Below, in pieces: positions 26,856 to 37,859 of a DNA stretch of 64,000 bases; position 1 is the stretch's first letter, and each line of letters begins with the position of its first letter. Source of the stretch: Candidatus Omnitrophota bacterium (lineage in GTDB: Bacteria > Omnitrophota > Gorgyraeia > JABMRG01). The position numbers and the translations under genes are program-made. The DNA lies in NCBI GenBank assembly GCA_028716165.1, contig JAQUQI010000004.1:18715-82714 (forward strand), read 5' to 3'. Under the pieces are notes generated by a model, which worked only from the letters and a program-made list of their open reading frames with translations, was not told where the DNA came from and did not search any database.

Positions 26856-28433
26856 ATGTTAGCCATAAAGAGAGCGCTAATAAGCGTTTCCGATAAAACG
26901 AATCTTGAGTCTTTTGTAAAAAAACTCCACTCTTTGGGCGTAGAGGTCATATCTACCGGCGGCAGCGCGCGTTTTATATCCGCTTTAGGTATTAATGTAA
27001 AAACGGTGGATGAGGTAACCGGTTTTAACGAGATGCTTGACGGCAGGGTAAAAACACTACACCCCAAGATACATGCCGGCCTTCTCGCCCTGCGCGGCCA
27101 CAGCGCGCATATGGATCAATTGAAAGCTTGCGGTATAGAACCGATTGATATGGTTGTTGTAAACCTCTACCCGTTTAAGAAGACCATATTGAAACCCGAT
27201 ATACGGCTTGAAGAGGCCATAGAAAATATAGATATCGGAGGCCCGTCAATGCTGCGCTCTGCGGCAAAAAATTATAAATCAGTAGCTGTTCTTACAAGCC
27301 CCGCGCAATATGACCGGATTGCAAGAGAACTTGATGAGCACAAAGGATGTGTTACGGATAATACGCTTGCCGGCCTGGCGGTTGAGGCATTTTCGGTAAC
27401 AGCGGAGTATGACAGCTGTATCAAGGCATACCTTAAGAAAAAACTTACCCCAAACGTTTCAAAGCCCGCGGAATCCATTTTTCCTGATGAGCTTGTCTTG
27501 TCTCTTGATAAATACCAAGACCTTCGTTATGGAGAAAATGAGCATCAAAAAGCGGCATTTTATAAGAGGCCTTTTTCTAAAGAGCCGTCCGCGTCAAATG
27601 CCAGGCAATTACACGGGAAAGCTCTTTCGTATAATAATATTATGGATCTTGACGCCGCTTATGAGGTGGTGAAGGATTTTGATGAGCCGGCCGCGTGTAT
27701 TATCAAGCATGCCACCGCCTGCGGTATAGCCACGGCGGATACCCTTACTGCCGCTTTTTCAGCCGCGCTTGAAACTGATACGCTTTCAGCCTTTGGCGGA
27801 ATAATAGGGCTGAACAGGAAGGTAGATGTCAATACCGCGGAAGCTATTTTAGCGGCCGGTTTTGTTGAGTGCGTGATAGCTCCAGGCTATGAACAGAATG
27901 CCCTGGCGAGGCTTTCGTCAAAACAAAATATGCGCATACTTTCCCTGGATGCTATAAGCAAAACCAGGGATAAGGATGAACTCCATTTTAGAAATATTGC
28001 AGGCGGGCTTCTTGTCCAGCAGAAGGATATTCAGGATATTGATCAGAGCCAGCTTAAGATTGTCACGCAGAAAAAGCCTACGTCCGATGAGGTGCGCACT
28101 TTGATATTTGCCTGGAAAGCGGTTAAGTTTATCAGGTCAAACGCCATAGTTCTTGCCAAAGAAACAAAGACAGTGGGTATAGGTGCCGGCCAGATGAGCA
28201 GGGTTGACTCTGTTTTTATGGCTATACATAAATCCGGCCGGCGTTCAACGGGATCCGTCTTGGCTTCAGACGCTTTTTTCCCGAAGGAAGACGCGGTAGA
28301 GATGGCCGCGCAGGCAGGCGTAACGTCAATTATCCAGCCAGGCGGTTCAAAGTCTGATGAACTTATAATTGATGTCTGCAACAGGCGCAACATATCCATG
28401 GTTTTTACGGGGATACGTCATTTCAGGCATTGA
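26856..28433 (+). CDS. purH: Bifunctional AICAR transformylase / IMP cyclohydrolase
   Basis: MGS-like N-terminus (ALISVSDKTNL...VISTGGSA...LDGRVKTLHPKIHAG) and AICARFT C-terminal domain; 525 aa. Confidence 0.9.
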   Translation: MLAIKRALISVSDKTNLESFVKKLHSLGVEVISTGGSARFISALGINVKTVDEVTGFNEMLDGRVKTLHPKIHAGLLALRGHSAHMDQLKACGIEPIDMVVVNLYPFKKTILKPDIRLEEAIENIDIGGPSMLRSAAKNYKSVAVLTSPAQYDRIARELDEHKGCVTDNTLAGLAVEAFSVTAEYDSCIKAYLKKKLTPNVSKPAESIFPDELVLSLDKYQDLRYGENEHQKAAFYKRPFSKEPSASNARQLHGKALSYNNIMDLDAAYEVVKDFDEPAACIIKHATACGIATADTLTAAFSAALETDTLSAFGGIIGLNRKVDVNTAEAILAAGFVECVIAPGYEQNALARLSSKQNMRILSLDAISKTRDKDELHFRNIAGGLLVQQKDIQDIDQSQLKIVTQKKPTSDEVRTLIFAWKAVKFIRSNAIVLAKETKTVGIGAGQMSRVDSVFMAIHKSGRRSTGSVLASDAFFPKEDAVEMAAQAGVTSIIQPGGSKSDELIIDVCNRRNISMVFTGIRHFRH

Positions 28434-28439
28434 AGATAT

Positions 28440-29756
28440 ATGGACCTTACTCAATCCCTTCGCTATCTGGATTCTCTGGCCAATTTTGAAAAATTTACCG
28501 AATATGATTACAGCAAGGCTTATGATCTCAAAAGAATATCCAGACTGCTTTCTCTTTTGGATAATCCGGAGAAGCGGTATCCTACAATAACCGTATCCGG
28601 GACAAAAGGCAAAGGCTCTACCGTATCTATGCTTGCCTCAATATTTAATTCGGCAGGCATCAAAGCCGGCGCGCTGATATCCCCGCATTTGGTTTGCGTA
28701 AATGAAAGGATAAAAGTCGGCGAAAGGCATATATCGGATTCGGAATTTTCGTCAGAGATATCCGCTATCAGAGACATTGCCGCCAGACATCACCTGCCGG
28801 ATCTTACTTATTTTGAAGTTATTACAGCCGCGGCGTTTTCATATTTTTCGCGCAAAAAAGTTGAAATAGCCGTCTTGGAGGTTGGCCTGGGGGGCAGGCT
28901 TGATGCCGTAAATACGGCGCGCTCACCGATATCGGCAATAATGCCGGTAAGCTATGACCATACGCGTTTATTGGGCACGTCTCTTAAAGATATTGCCGGC
29001 GAAAAATGCGGTATTATACATGAAAATTCTTGTGTCGTGTGCGCCAGGCAACCGGCAGAGGTATTGCCTGTAGTCAAGAGGGTTGTTTTAAGGCGGCGCG
29101 CGCGCTTGATCCTGGCAGGCAGGGATATCGTCGTAAGCAATGCTAAAACATCGCTGTCAGGAACGGATTTTGACCTGAAGACAAAATCCGGTTTTTATAA
29201 AAAATTGCACAGCCCGCTTAGGGGTATTCATCAATCGGAAAACGCCGCTGTCGCCGTATCCCTGGCAGAAACAGCCGGGCAGAGGTTTAATCTGCCCATA
29301 TCAAAAGATGTTGTAAGAAGAGGCCTTGCCGCGGCTGATTTTCCGGCAAGATTCCAACTGGGTTTGTTTCGTCACCGGAGGGTTGTTCTGGACGGCGCGC
29401 AAAATGTCGTATCAGCCAATGCTCTTAAAAAGGCCTTAAATGATATTTTTGATAAAAGGCATATATGCCTGATATTAGGCGTGTCATCTGACAAAGATTA
29501 TCATAAAATAGTAAGGATCCTGTGCCCTGTTTCAAGAAGCGTGATTTTTACCCAGGCAGATACCCCCAGGGCATTGCCTGCCGATAATCTTGCCCGCGCG
29601 GCCGGGGCTTATTCCAAAAAAGGGTTTGTTTGCTATGACCTGAAAGACGCGCTTACCATGGCTGCTGCCATAACGCCGGAGAAAGGGGTCATCGTAATCA
29701 CCGGATCTCTATTTCTTGCCGCAGGGGCCTTGAGGATTTTAGATGGCAGACATTGA
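28440..29756 (+). CDS. folC: Folylpolyglutamate synthase / dihydrofolate synthase
   Basis: P-loop TVSGTKGKGST and Mur-ligase-family middle and C-terminal domains. Confidence 0.85.
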   Translation: MDLTQSLRYLDSLANFEKFTEYDYSKAYDLKRISRLLSLLDNPEKRYPTITVSGTKGKGSTVSMLASIFNSAGIKAGALISPHLVCVNERIKVGERHISDSEFSSEISAIRDIAARHHLPDLTYFEVITAAAFSYFSRKKVEIAVLEVGLGGRLDAVNTARSPISAIMPVSYDHTRLLGTSLKDIAGEKCGIIHENSCVVCARQPAEVLPVVKRVVLRRRARLILAGRDIVVSNAKTSLSGTDFDLKTKSGFYKKLHSPLRGIHQSENAAVAVSLAETAGQRFNLPISKDVVRRGLAAADFPARFQLGLFRHRRVVLDGAQNVVSANALKKALNDIFDKRHICLILGVSSDKDYHKIVRILCPVSRSVIFTQADTPRALPADNLARAAGAYSKKGFVCYDLKDALTMAAAITPEKGVIVITGSLFLAAGALRILDGRH

Positions 29757-31137
29757 AAAATATTTTTTGGAAGATACAATAGCCGCGGTATCAACCCCGC
29801 CCGGGCAAGGCGGTATAGGGATAATACGCTTGAGCGGGCCATTGTCTATCGGCATAGCCGACAGGATATTTAGGGGCAAAAAAGGTCTTAAGCTTGTTGA
29901 CGCGCCGGGCTATACCATGCATTACGGCCGCGTATATGACGCAAACACGGTTGTGGATGAGGTTTTGATTTCAATAATGCGCAGGCCGTTTACATATACG
30001 CGCGAAGACATTATAGAGATTAATTGCCACGGAGGCCCGGCATGCCTTAGCCGGGTATTAGATCTGGTATTGAAAAATAGCGCCCGCCTCGCGCTTCCCG
30101 GTGAATTTACGAAAAGGGCTTTTTTAAACGGCAGGATAGACCTTATCCAGGCAGAGGCTGTTTGCGATATTATAGCCTCCAGCACAAGGCAGGGCCTGGA
30201 TATCGCCCAGCGTCAGCTTGGAGGCGAGGCGTCATCAAAGATACGTTCAGCCGGACAGTTTATCCTGGACGCGGCGGCCTGCCTTGAGGCAGACGTGAAT
30301 TTTCCCGAAGAAGAAATACCTGCCTCGTCTTTTGATTCTGCCGCATGTTTTCTAAAAAACGCGGAGGTTATTTTATCTGAACTTATAAACGCGTCCGGCA
30401 AGGGCGTCATATTTCGCGAAGGGGCCTGTTGCGTTATATGCGGTATTCCTAATGCGGGAAAATCAAGCCTTATGAATTGTTTATTGGGGCACGACAGAGT
30501 CATTGTCACGGACGCCGCAGGCACTACAAGAGACAGCATAGAAGAAACCCTTAATATCGCGGGCATACCGTTAAGGATAATTGACACGGCGGGAATAACG
30601 GAATCTGACGACAAGATTATGCGGGCGGGTATTGAGAGAAGCAAAAGATGTATTGACGGCGCGGACATTATTTTGCTTGTCATTGACAGAAGCCGCCCGC
30701 TTTCTTATGAAGATATATGCCTGATTGAGCGCGTAAAGAAAAAGAAGGTTATAGTTGTTTTGAGCAAATCGGACCTGCCCCCGGCGCTATCCCCTGAAGA
30801 TTGCATAAGATATCTGGATAAAGAGGCTGTCCTTGAGGTGTCTGTAAAGGACAAAACGGGGCTTGACCGGCTTGAAGACGCCGTATATAAGGCCCTTTTA
30901 GGCTCGGAAATTTCGGTTGAAAATATATTCTTGTCTAATTCCAGGCATATAGAATGCGCGAAAAAGGCTTTAGATTTTATAGTTTCTGCCAAACGCGGTT
31001 TTGACGAAAAAAGGCCGGCAGATATTATTCTCATAGACATTAAAGATGCCGCCGGATCATTAACCTCTATTACGGGGGAGGTTTTTACCGATGGCACGCT
31101 GGAGCGGATTTTTGGCAGGTTTTGTGTGGGTAAATAA
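29743..31137 (+). CDS. mnmE: tRNA modification GTPase MnmE
   Basis: N-terminal [22 protein letters not shown]-domain ([14 protein letters not shown]), C-terminal CVGK. Overlaps folC by 14 nt. Confidence 0.9.
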   Translation: MADIEKYFLEDTIAAVSTPPGQGGIGIIRLSGPLSIGIADRIFRGKKGLKLVDAPGYTMHYGRVYDANTVVDEVLISIMRRPFTYTREDIIEINCHGGPACLSRVLDLVLKNSARLALPGEFTKRAFLNGRIDLIQAEAVCDIIASSTRQGLDIAQRQLGGEASSKIRSAGQFILDAAACLEADVNFPEEEIPASSFDSAACFLKNAEVILSELINASGKGVIFREGACCVICGIPNAGKSSLMNCLLGHDRVIVTDAAGTTRDSIEETLNIAGIPLRIIDTAGITESDDKIMRAGIERSKRCIDGADIILLVIDRSRPLSYEDICLIERVKKKKVIVVLSKSDLPPALSPEDCIRYLDKEAVLEVSVKDKTGLDRLEDAVYKALLGSEISVENIFLSNSRHIECAKKALDFIVSAKRGFDEKRPADIILIDIKDAAGSLTSITGEVFTDGTLERIFGRFCVGK

Positions 31138-31151
31138 ACGGGGAGCGGGGC

Positions 31152-31706
31152 ATGGACAAAAAAAAGATTGAGAAGGCAGTGCGCGATATACTGTTTGCGA
31201 TAGGAGATGATCCATCGCGGGAAGACCTTGTTGATACTCCGAAAAGGGTCGCGGATATGTATGAAGAAATTTTTAGCGGCATCAAAGCGAACGCGGAAAA
31301 AGAGCTTGAAGTTATTTTAGGCGAAAAACATAATGAGATAGTGCTGGTAAAAGGCATACCTCTTTATTCTGTTTGCGAGCATCACCTGCTTCCCTTTGTC
31401 GGTAAGGCCCATGTCGCGTATATACCAAAGGCGGGAAGAGTTACCGGTTTAAGCAAACTTGCCAGGGTTGTGGAGATATATTCCAAAAGGCTCCAGGTCC
31501 AGGAAAGGCTTACGACCCAGGTAGCTGATATTATCATGAGAAAACTAAAACCCTTAGGAGTGCTTGTTGTTATAGAAGCCGAGCATATGTGCATGTCTAT
31601 GCGCGGCATTAAAAAGCCCGGGACTGTTACGGTTACCAGCGCGGTCAGAGGGGTTTTCAAGGAAAATGCCAAAACCAGACAAGAGGCGTTAACATTGATT
31701 AAATAG
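31152..31706 (+). CDS. folE: GTP cyclohydrolase I
   Basis: [19 protein letters not shown]...RLQVQERLT signature. Confidence 0.9.
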   Translation: MDKKKIEKAVRDILFAIGDDPSREDLVDTPKRVADMYEEIFSGIKANAEKELEVILGEKHNEIVLVKGIPLYSVCEHHLLPFVGKAHVAYIPKAGRVTGLSKLARVVEIYSKRLQVQERLTTQVADIIMRKLKPLGVLVVIEAEHMCMSMRGIKKPGTVTVTSAVRGVFKENAKTRQEALTLIK

Positions 31707-31829
31707 GATTTATGCGGCGTAATCTATATCTAAAAATTAATGTTAATAAAAGATTGAAAAAATTCAGGTTTTTCTTTACCTGATATAGCGCGTATGCTAT
31801 AATTACACTATTATAAGGTATAAAAAAAT

Positions 31830-32177
31830 ATGGAAAACAGGCTATATGAGAGGATATCACTGCCTATAAAACTCACTTATGAGGTTAATGCAAGGCCGAA
31901 GATAGTAAATGAGACGGTAAGCAAGGATATCAGCGGTAATGGTATTTGTCTTTCTCTCAAGGAAAAGCTTTTACCCAAGACAATATTGGATATGTATATA
32001 ACTTTATCCGATAATAATACGTTAAAGCTGTCCGGCATGGTTATATGGAACCGACGGATTGACATAACCGGCGACGCGTTACCGGCGACTTATTACGATA
32101 CTGGCATAGAGCTTTTAAACGCAGACCCTATAAACATCAACAAAATCATAACGCATTTTTACGGCAAGTCTTTTTAA
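31830..32177 (+). CDS. PilZ-domain protein (putative c-di-GMP receptor)
   Basis: RxxxR (RLYER) and D-x-S-x-x-G (DISGNG) motifs at the spacing expected for a PilZ domain. Confidence 0.55.
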   Translation: MENRLYERISLPIKLTYEVNARPKIVNETVSKDISGNGICLSLKEKLLPKTILDMYITLSDNNTLKLSGMVIWNRRIDITGDALPATYYDTGIELLNADPININKIITHFYGKSF

Positions 32178-32183
32178 CCTACC

Positions 32184-32636
32184 ATGAGATTTATTGTTCA
32201 GATTGCGTGCAATAAAGTATTTATTGTAACTCTTATATGCTGGTTTACCGCCCAGCTTATCAAGATAGCAGTTTCCGTCATAAGAGAAAAGAGCTTTGAT
32301 TTTAAGTGGCTTATAGGCACAGGGGGTATGCCAAGTTCGCATTGTGCCGCCACGTCGGCCCTTGCCGTAGCTTTGGGCATGTCTTACGGATTTGATTCAG
32401 GTGTTTTTGCCATTGGCCTTGGGTTCGCGATTGTTACCATGTTTGACGCGCAGGGCGCCAGGCGCGCTATCGGAAAACAGGCGGAGATTTTGAATAAAAT
32501 GATGGAGGATATCTATTCAAACAGGTCAATAAATGAAGAAAGGCTCGCGGAATTGATAGGGCATACCCCGGTCCAGGTACTGGCAGGGGCATTGTTTGGG
32601 GCTTTCATGTCGTATTTCTTATATTTGATAATATAA
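32184..32636 (+). CDS. Divergent PAP2-family membrane protein (DUF212/COG1963)
   Basis: GMPSSHCA motif and four TM segments typical of DUF212 proteins. Confidence 0.65.
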   Translation: MRFIVQIACNKVFIVTLICWFTAQLIKIAVSVIREKSFDFKWLIGTGGMPSSHCAATSALAVALGMSYGFDSGVFAIGLGFAIVTMFDAQGARRAIGKQAEILNKMMEDIYSNRSINEERLAELIGHTPVQVLAGALFGAFMSYFLYLII

Positions 32637-32656
32637 AAGGCGGGATAAACAAGAAA

Positions 32657-33610
32657 ATGAAAAAAAATATAATACGTATTTGCGCGGCCGCGGCCGCGGT
32701 TGTTATAGTACTGGTAGCGGCGAGATTACTGTTTGATTTTTCGCGAAATAAAAAAACGACGAACTTGAGCGGGGACGCGCCTGTTTCCTCCGGCAGGCAG
32801 TCCAAAACTCTGAAGCGGGTAAATGACCTTTTGTTGTCGGGTAAAAAATCCGAGGCTGTAAGCGAGCTTGAAAAGATAGCAGACTCTTTCAAGGGGAAAC
32901 AGGAAGGCTATGAGGCCGTGTCAATGCTTGCCGATATATATAATAAAGACGGAAATTTTGTAAAGGCTAAATCCATGTACCATGAGATTATCAGCAGTTA
33001 TTCCCAGTTCTGCGATTATGCCTTTGTCCAAAAAAATATTTCTTCTGTTAATATGTCAATCTTGTTTTCAGATATCGTTGCTGCCGGCAGTGAATTATAT
33101 ACCGTAGCTCCGGGCGATTCACTGGCAAAGATAGCCAAGAGATTCTCAACGACGGTAGAACTTATCCAAAAGGCCAACGGCCTGAAGTCCGACGTAATAA
33201 TACCCGGGGTCAAGCTCAAGGTGCAAAACCGGCCTTTTTCTATTATTGTGGACAATACCCAGTGCGTGCTTACCGTACTCCTGGATGACGAAGTTATCAA
33301 GACATACGATGTAGCTACGGGTAAAAACAATTGTACTCCGATAGGAGTATTCCAGATTAAAGATAAACTTATTAACCCTGTGTGGTATAATAAGGGGACA
33401 GCTGTTCCCGCCGGCAGTCCCGAAAATGTTCTCGGAACAAGATGGATGGGCCTTGCCACGCCGCAATCAGGTTACGGTATACACGGTACCACGGAACCTG
33501 AAAGCATAGGGTATCAGTCTACAGAAGGCTGTGTAAGGATGCGTAACGAGGACGTTGAGGAACTGTATAGCATTATACCGGTAGGCACATCGGTAACCGT
33601 TATAGAATAA
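32657..33610 (+). CDS. LysM-domain L,D-transpeptidase (YkuD fold)
   Basis: TM anchor; LysM ([16 protein letters not shown]); YkuD catalytic motif (GYGIHGT...STEGCVRM). Confidence 0.8.
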   Translation: MKKNIIRICAAAAAVVIVLVAARLLFDFSRNKKTTNLSGDAPVSSGRQSKTLKRVNDLLLSGKKSEAVSELEKIADSFKGKQEGYEAVSMLADIYNKDGNFVKAKSMYHEIISSYSQFCDYAFVQKNISSVNMSILFSDIVAAGSELYTVAPGDSLAKIAKRFSTTVELIQKANGLKSDVIIPGVKLKVQNRPFSIIVDNTQCVLTVLLDDEVIKTYDVATGKNNCTPIGVFQIKDKLINPVWYNKGTAVPAGSPENVLGTRWMGLATPQSGYGIHGTTEPESIGYQSTEGCVRMRNEDVEELYSIIPVGTSVTVIE

Positions 33611-33615
33611 AGGTC

Positions 33616-34593
33616 GTGTTGATGAGCTTAATAGGACTTGGATTTGAAAAGCCAATTTTAGAACTTGAAAGAAAGATAGAAGAGCTTAAAAAATTTACGA
33701 GTTCTGAAAACATAAACCTTCATTCAGAAATAGAACGGCTTAACCAGAAACTTGAGAAGCTGAAGCGGGAGATATTTGAGAATCTTACCCCCTGGCAAAG
33801 GGTGCAGATAGCGCGCCATCCACAGCGGCCCTATACGCTTGATTATATCGGCATTATTATGAGTGATTTCGTGGAACTCCATGGCGACAGGGCATTTTCC
33901 GACGATAAAGCAATGATATGCGGTTTAGCCAGGGTTGACGGGTGCCGGATTTGCATCATTGGCCATCAAAAAGGCCGAGACACTAATGAGAACCTGAAAA
34001 GGAATTTTGGAAGCGCTAACCCGGAGGGATACAGGAAGGCTATAAGGGTCATGAAGATAGCGGAAAAATTGGATATCCCGATCATTACCTTTATTGACAC
34101 TCCCGGAGCCTATCCCGGCATAGGGGCTGAAGAAAGGGGCCAGGCAGAGGCTATAGCACGTAACCTGCGGGAGATGACAGACATAAGAGTCCCTATTATA
34201 GTTTTTGTCATTGGCGAGGGAGGCAGTGGCGGCGCTTTAGGCATAGGCATAGGCGACAGGGTATATGTCCTGCAAAATTCATATTATTCGGTCATATCCC
34301 CGGAAGGATGCGCGGCTATACTATGGAAAGACAGGGCAAGGTCGGATGAAGCGGCAAAGGCGCTCAAGCTGACCGCGCAGGACCTGCTAAATTTTGGCAT
34401 CATAGACGGTATCGTACCGGAGCCGCTTGGGGGAGCGCACCGCAACTCTTTGGCCGCCGCCGAAAACATTAAACGTGTCATATTAAGCAGTGTCAAAGAT
34501 GTTTTATCTGTCAGTAAAGACGACATGCTTAAGGCCCGTTATGAAAAATTCAGGCGTATAGGCAGATTCACCGATCCAAATATTTCGCGTTGA
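33616..34593 (+). CDS. accA: Acetyl-CoA carboxylase carboxyltransferase alpha subunit
   Basis: [17 protein letters not shown]...[13 protein letters not shown]...[12 protein letters not shown] are AccA hallmarks. Confidence 0.9.
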   Translation: MLMSLIGLGFEKPILELERKIEELKKFTSSENINLHSEIERLNQKLEKLKREIFENLTPWQRVQIARHPQRPYTLDYIGIIMSDFVELHGDRAFSDDKAMICGLARVDGCRICIIGHQKGRDTNENLKRNFGSANPEGYRKAIRVMKIAEKLDIPIITFIDTPGAYPGIGAEERGQAEAIARNLREMTDIRVPIIVFVIGEGGSGGALGIGIGDRVYVLQNSYYSVISPEGCAAILWKDRARSDEAAKALKLTAQDLLNFGIIDGIVPEPLGGAHRNSLAAAENIKRVILSSVKDVLSVSKDDMLKARYEKFRRIGRFTDPNISR

Positions 34594-34614
34594 TCAACGC
34601 GCCCGCATGTTTAT

Positions 34615-35019
34615 ATGAATAAAACAATTACAATAGAAAGCGATTTAAGAAGGATAAAACAGGTTGTTGACCAGGTCAAGTTTATGCTTGAACAGGTCGG
34701 CGCCGGTGAATCGGATGTTTTTGATATAAGGCTTTGTTTGGAAGAGGCGCTTATCAACGCGATAAAATACGGTAATAAATTTGACAAAGGGAAAAAGGTG
34801 CAGGTTGATTTTAATCATAAAGATTCCAAGGTATCACTTACAATTGAAGATAATGGAGATGGTTTTGATATTGCTTCCGTGCCGGATCCCACACTTGATG
34901 AAAACATATTAAAAGGCTCCGGCCGCGGTGTTTTTCTTATCAAATATCTTATGGATGAACTAAAATTCAATAAGCGGGGCAACCGCATTACCATGGTTAA
35001 ATATTTAAAACAAAAATAA
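34615..35019 (+). CDS. RsbW/SpoIIAB-like anti-sigma-factor serine kinase (HATPase_c)
   Basis: N-box EEALINAIKYG and G-box IEDNGDGFD...GSGRGVFLI, in a 134-aa protein. Confidence 0.75.
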   Translation: MNKTITIESDLRRIKQVVDQVKFMLEQVGAGESDVFDIRLCLEEALINAIKYGNKFDKGKKVQVDFNHKDSKVSLTIEDNGDGFDIASVPDPTLDENILKGSGRGVFLIKYLMDELKFNKRGNRITMVKYLKQK

Positions 35020-35031
35020 GGGGGAACACTA

Positions 35032-35364
35032 ATGCATATATCTCAAAAAGAAGCTAACGGCATAACTACTTATGAGATTAGCGGCGATATAGATATTAAT
35101 TCATCTCCGGAGGTCAGAGATTTTTTTGAAAAGGGGTTGAAGAATAAGACGATGAAAGTGCTGGTAAACTTAAACGGCGTTTCTTATGTGGACAGTTCAG
35201 GCCTGGCCACGCTTGTAGAGATGCTTAAAAAAACCAGGTCTTATGGGGGCAGGCTGCGCATATCCAATCTTGCCCCGAAGGTCAAGAGCCTTTTTGAGAT
35301 AACCAAACTTGAGAAACTTTTTGATATTTTTGATGCTGCTGAAGACGCGATATCCGGGTTTTAA
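35032..35364 (+). CDS. STAS-domain protein (anti-sigma-factor antagonist / MlaB-like)
   Basis: STAS fold with candidate phospho-Ser in VDSSGLATLVEM; lies directly between the RsbW-like kinase and mlaE. Confidence 0.75.
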   Translation: MHISQKEANGITTYEISGDIDINSSPEVRDFFEKGLKNKTMKVLVNLNGVSYVDSSGLATLVEMLKKTRSYGGRLRISNLAPKVKSLFEITKLEKLFDIFDAAEDAISGF

Positions 35365-35382
35365 AAACAGAAAGAAGCAAAA

Positions 35383-36180
35383 ATGTTGAATATAATTGGA
35401 GCTATAGGCAGGATGGTGTTATCAGTGCTGTCCCAGGTTGGTGGGATATTTACACTGCTTGGTCAAATCCTTTTCTGGATGTTTGCGGGCCCGTTCATGC
35501 GCAAGGCCTCTTCACGGAAGAACATATTTGAACAGATGGTATTCAGCGGTGTAAACAGCTTGCTTATAGTATTTTTTGTGGCTTTTTTTACGGGAATAGT
35601 GCTTGCCATGCAAAGCGCGTACCAACTGGCCCAGCTTGGCGCCGAGATGTATGTCGCAAGCCTTGTGGCTGTGGCTATGGCCAGAGAAATGGGCCCTGTG
35701 CTTACGGCGCTTGTTGTAGCCGGCAGGGTTGGAGCGGCGATAACCGCCGAACTCGGCAGTATGAAGGTTACCGAACAGATTGAGGCATTGCAGACGCAGG
35801 CGCTTAATCCGGTAAGATTTCTTGTGGTTCCGCGTGTTTTAGCCCTTGTGATAATGCTGCCCTGCCTTACCGTATTCAGCGACCTGGTAGGCATGGTAGG
35901 AGGCTATCTTGTCGGAGTATTTAATGTGGGCATAAATTCCGGCATGTATATAAATGTCACGTTTAAGTTTTTAGAACTCAAAGATATATATACGGGTTTG
36001 ATTAAGTCTGTTTTTTTCGCAGTCATTATATCGCTTATAGGTTGTTATATGGGCCTTAACACATCAGGCGGCGCCGAAGGGGTCGGACGCTCAACAACGG
36101 TAAGCGTTGTTACCAGTTTTATCCTGATTATTTTGGCCGATTGTATTCTCACTGGGATATTCTTTTTTAGTAACATATAG
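35383..36180 (+). CDS. mlaE: Mla-type ABC transporter permease
   Basis: MlaE/Ttg2B family: five TM helices plus the conserved EMGPVLTALVVAGRVGAAITAELGSMKVTEQIEAL segment. Confidence 0.85.
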   Translation: MLNIIGAIGRMVLSVLSQVGGIFTLLGQILFWMFAGPFMRKASSRKNIFEQMVFSGVNSLLIVFFVAFFTGIVLAMQSAYQLAQLGAEMYVASLVAVAMAREMGPVLTALVVAGRVGAAITAELGSMKVTEQIEALQTQALNPVRFLVVPRVLALVIMLPCLTVFSDLVGMVGGYLVGVFNVGINSGMYINVTFKFLELKDIYTGLIKSVFFAVIISLIGCYMGLNTSGGAEGVGRSTTVSVVTSFILIILADCILTGIFFFSNI

Positions 36181-36378
36181 ACTGGTTTCTGCCGCAATCA
36201 ACACAGATACGCGAAACCCGCAGGCCCGGTTTACGTTTATGATCTAACGCGTAGATAACAATAAGAGGGCATGACCCCGCTTTCCGGTGAAATACTGCGA
36301 TAGACAACGGCTTGGGAAATTATAGTTTTGTAATGGCTTTGGGAGCAACTGTCGGACATACGATATTGGGAGCTGTGT

Positions 36379-37179
36379 ATGGAAAAAAAAGAAGTATCAA
36401 TAGAGGTCAAAGACCTGGTTAAGAGTTTTAACGGTAGAACAGTCTTAAACGGTATAAATTTAAAAGTTTACAAGGGCGAGACCCTGGTAATTATGGGCGG
36501 CAGCGGCTGTGGAAAATCCACCCTGTTGAGGCACATGATAGGCACGCACAAACCGGATAGCGGGACCGTTATTATAAAGGGAAAGGACATAACAACGCTT
36601 GGCGAGTCTGAATTTGACAAGATCAGGAAAATATACGGTATGGTTTTTCAGAATGCCGCTCTTTATGATTCCATGACGGTAAAGGAGAACATAGCGTTGG
36701 CCTTAAAGGAGCACACAAGGCTTGCTCCCGATATAATTGACATAATGGTAAAGATGAAGCTTGAGCTTGTCGGCCTGCGAAGTTTTGAAAATTTTATGCC
36801 CAGCGAACTTTCAGGAGGCATGAGAAGGAGAGTCGGATTAGCCAGGGCCATATCAATGGATCCCGAGATAGTTTTCTACGATGAACCTACGGCAGGGCTT
36901 GACCCTATAGTAGCGGGAGTTATAGACAAGCTTATACTTGATTTAAGCAAAAAGCTTCATATAACATCTGTTGTTGTGACTCATGACATGAAGAGCGTTT
37001 TCTCAATAGCCGACAGGATAATTATGTTATATAACGGCAAGGTTATCGCGGAAGGCGCGGTTGACGAGATAAAAAATTCTGCTGATCTGCGCGTAAAACA
37101 GTTTGTGACGGGAAATCCCGACGGGCCTATCCAATTTTTCAGGTCAGGAGAGGGCTATTTAGAGGAACTGACAAAATAA
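36379..37179 (+). CDS. mlaF: Mla-type ABC transporter ATP-binding protein
   Basis: Walker A GGSGCGKST, signature LSGGMRRRV, Walker B IVFYDEPTAGLD. Confidence 0.85.
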   Translation: MEKKEVSIEVKDLVKSFNGRTVLNGINLKVYKGETLVIMGGSGCGKSTLLRHMIGTHKPDSGTVIIKGKDITTLGESEFDKIRKIYGMVFQNAALYDSMTVKENIALALKEHTRLAPDIIDIMVKMKLELVGLRSFENFMPSELSGGMRRRVGLARAISMDPEIVFYDEPTAGLDPIVAGVIDKLILDLSKKLHITSVVVTHDMKSVFSIADRIIMLYNGKVIAEGAVDEIKNSADLRVKQFVTGNPDGPIQFFRSGEGYLEELTK

Positions 37180-37189
37180 GGAGAGTAGT

Positions 37190-37831
37190 ATGCCAAAGAT
37201 ATTTACAAATGAGGTTAAAACAGGTTTTGTGGTTTTGGTGTGCATTGGTATTCTGACCGGACTTACCATTATGGCTGGAAATTTTAAACCTTTTCAACAG
37301 TTGTATTGCATAAACGTGGTATTCTCAAATGTTTCCGGCATAGAAAAAGACGCCGCTGTCCGTTTAGCAGGCGTTGAAGTCGGTAAGGTGGAGAGTGTCA
37401 GAATTGCCTACGGGAAAGAAGGAGATACGTCGGTCTTGGTGAAATTGGAATTGTTCCAGGATGCCAGGATAAGGGAGGGGGCCCGGGCGGCGGTCACTAC
37501 GTTAGGGCTTATGGGTGAGAAATATATTGAACTTACCCCCGGCGATACCGGAGCGGGATTTTTAAAAGCCGGCGCGACTATACGGGGCAAGGATCCAATT
37601 GATATTGAGGCTGTGATTGATGAAGCAAGGTCTGTAATGGAGGTTGCCAAGGTGACTATGACCAATATAAGCGATCTTGCCAAAAATTTAAACGGCGCGG
37701 TATCGGATAACAGGGGCAATATTGACGAAATAATGGACAATCTTAAAAGGACTACAGAAAATCTTGAAGAATTTACTGATGACATAAAGCGCAACCCGTG
37801 GAAATTGCTCGTTAAAGGCAGGGAAAAATAA
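37190..37831 (+). CDS. mlaD: MCE-domain substrate-binding protein
   Basis: N-terminal TM anchor followed by an MCE domain (VVFSNVSGIEKDAAVRLAGVEVGKVESV...). Confidence 0.8.
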   Translation: MPKIFTNEVKTGFVVLVCIGILTGLTIMAGNFKPFQQLYCINVVFSNVSGIEKDAAVRLAGVEVGKVESVRIAYGKEGDTSVLVKLELFQDARIREGARAAVTTLGLMGEKYIELTPGDTGAGFLKAGATIRGKDPIDIEAVIDEARSVMEVAKVTMTNISDLAKNLNGAVSDNRGNIDEIMDNLKRTTENLEEFTDDIKRNPWKLLVKGREK

Positions 37832-37859
37832 AAACTTTTTTGTCAGGAAGGGGCGGCAT

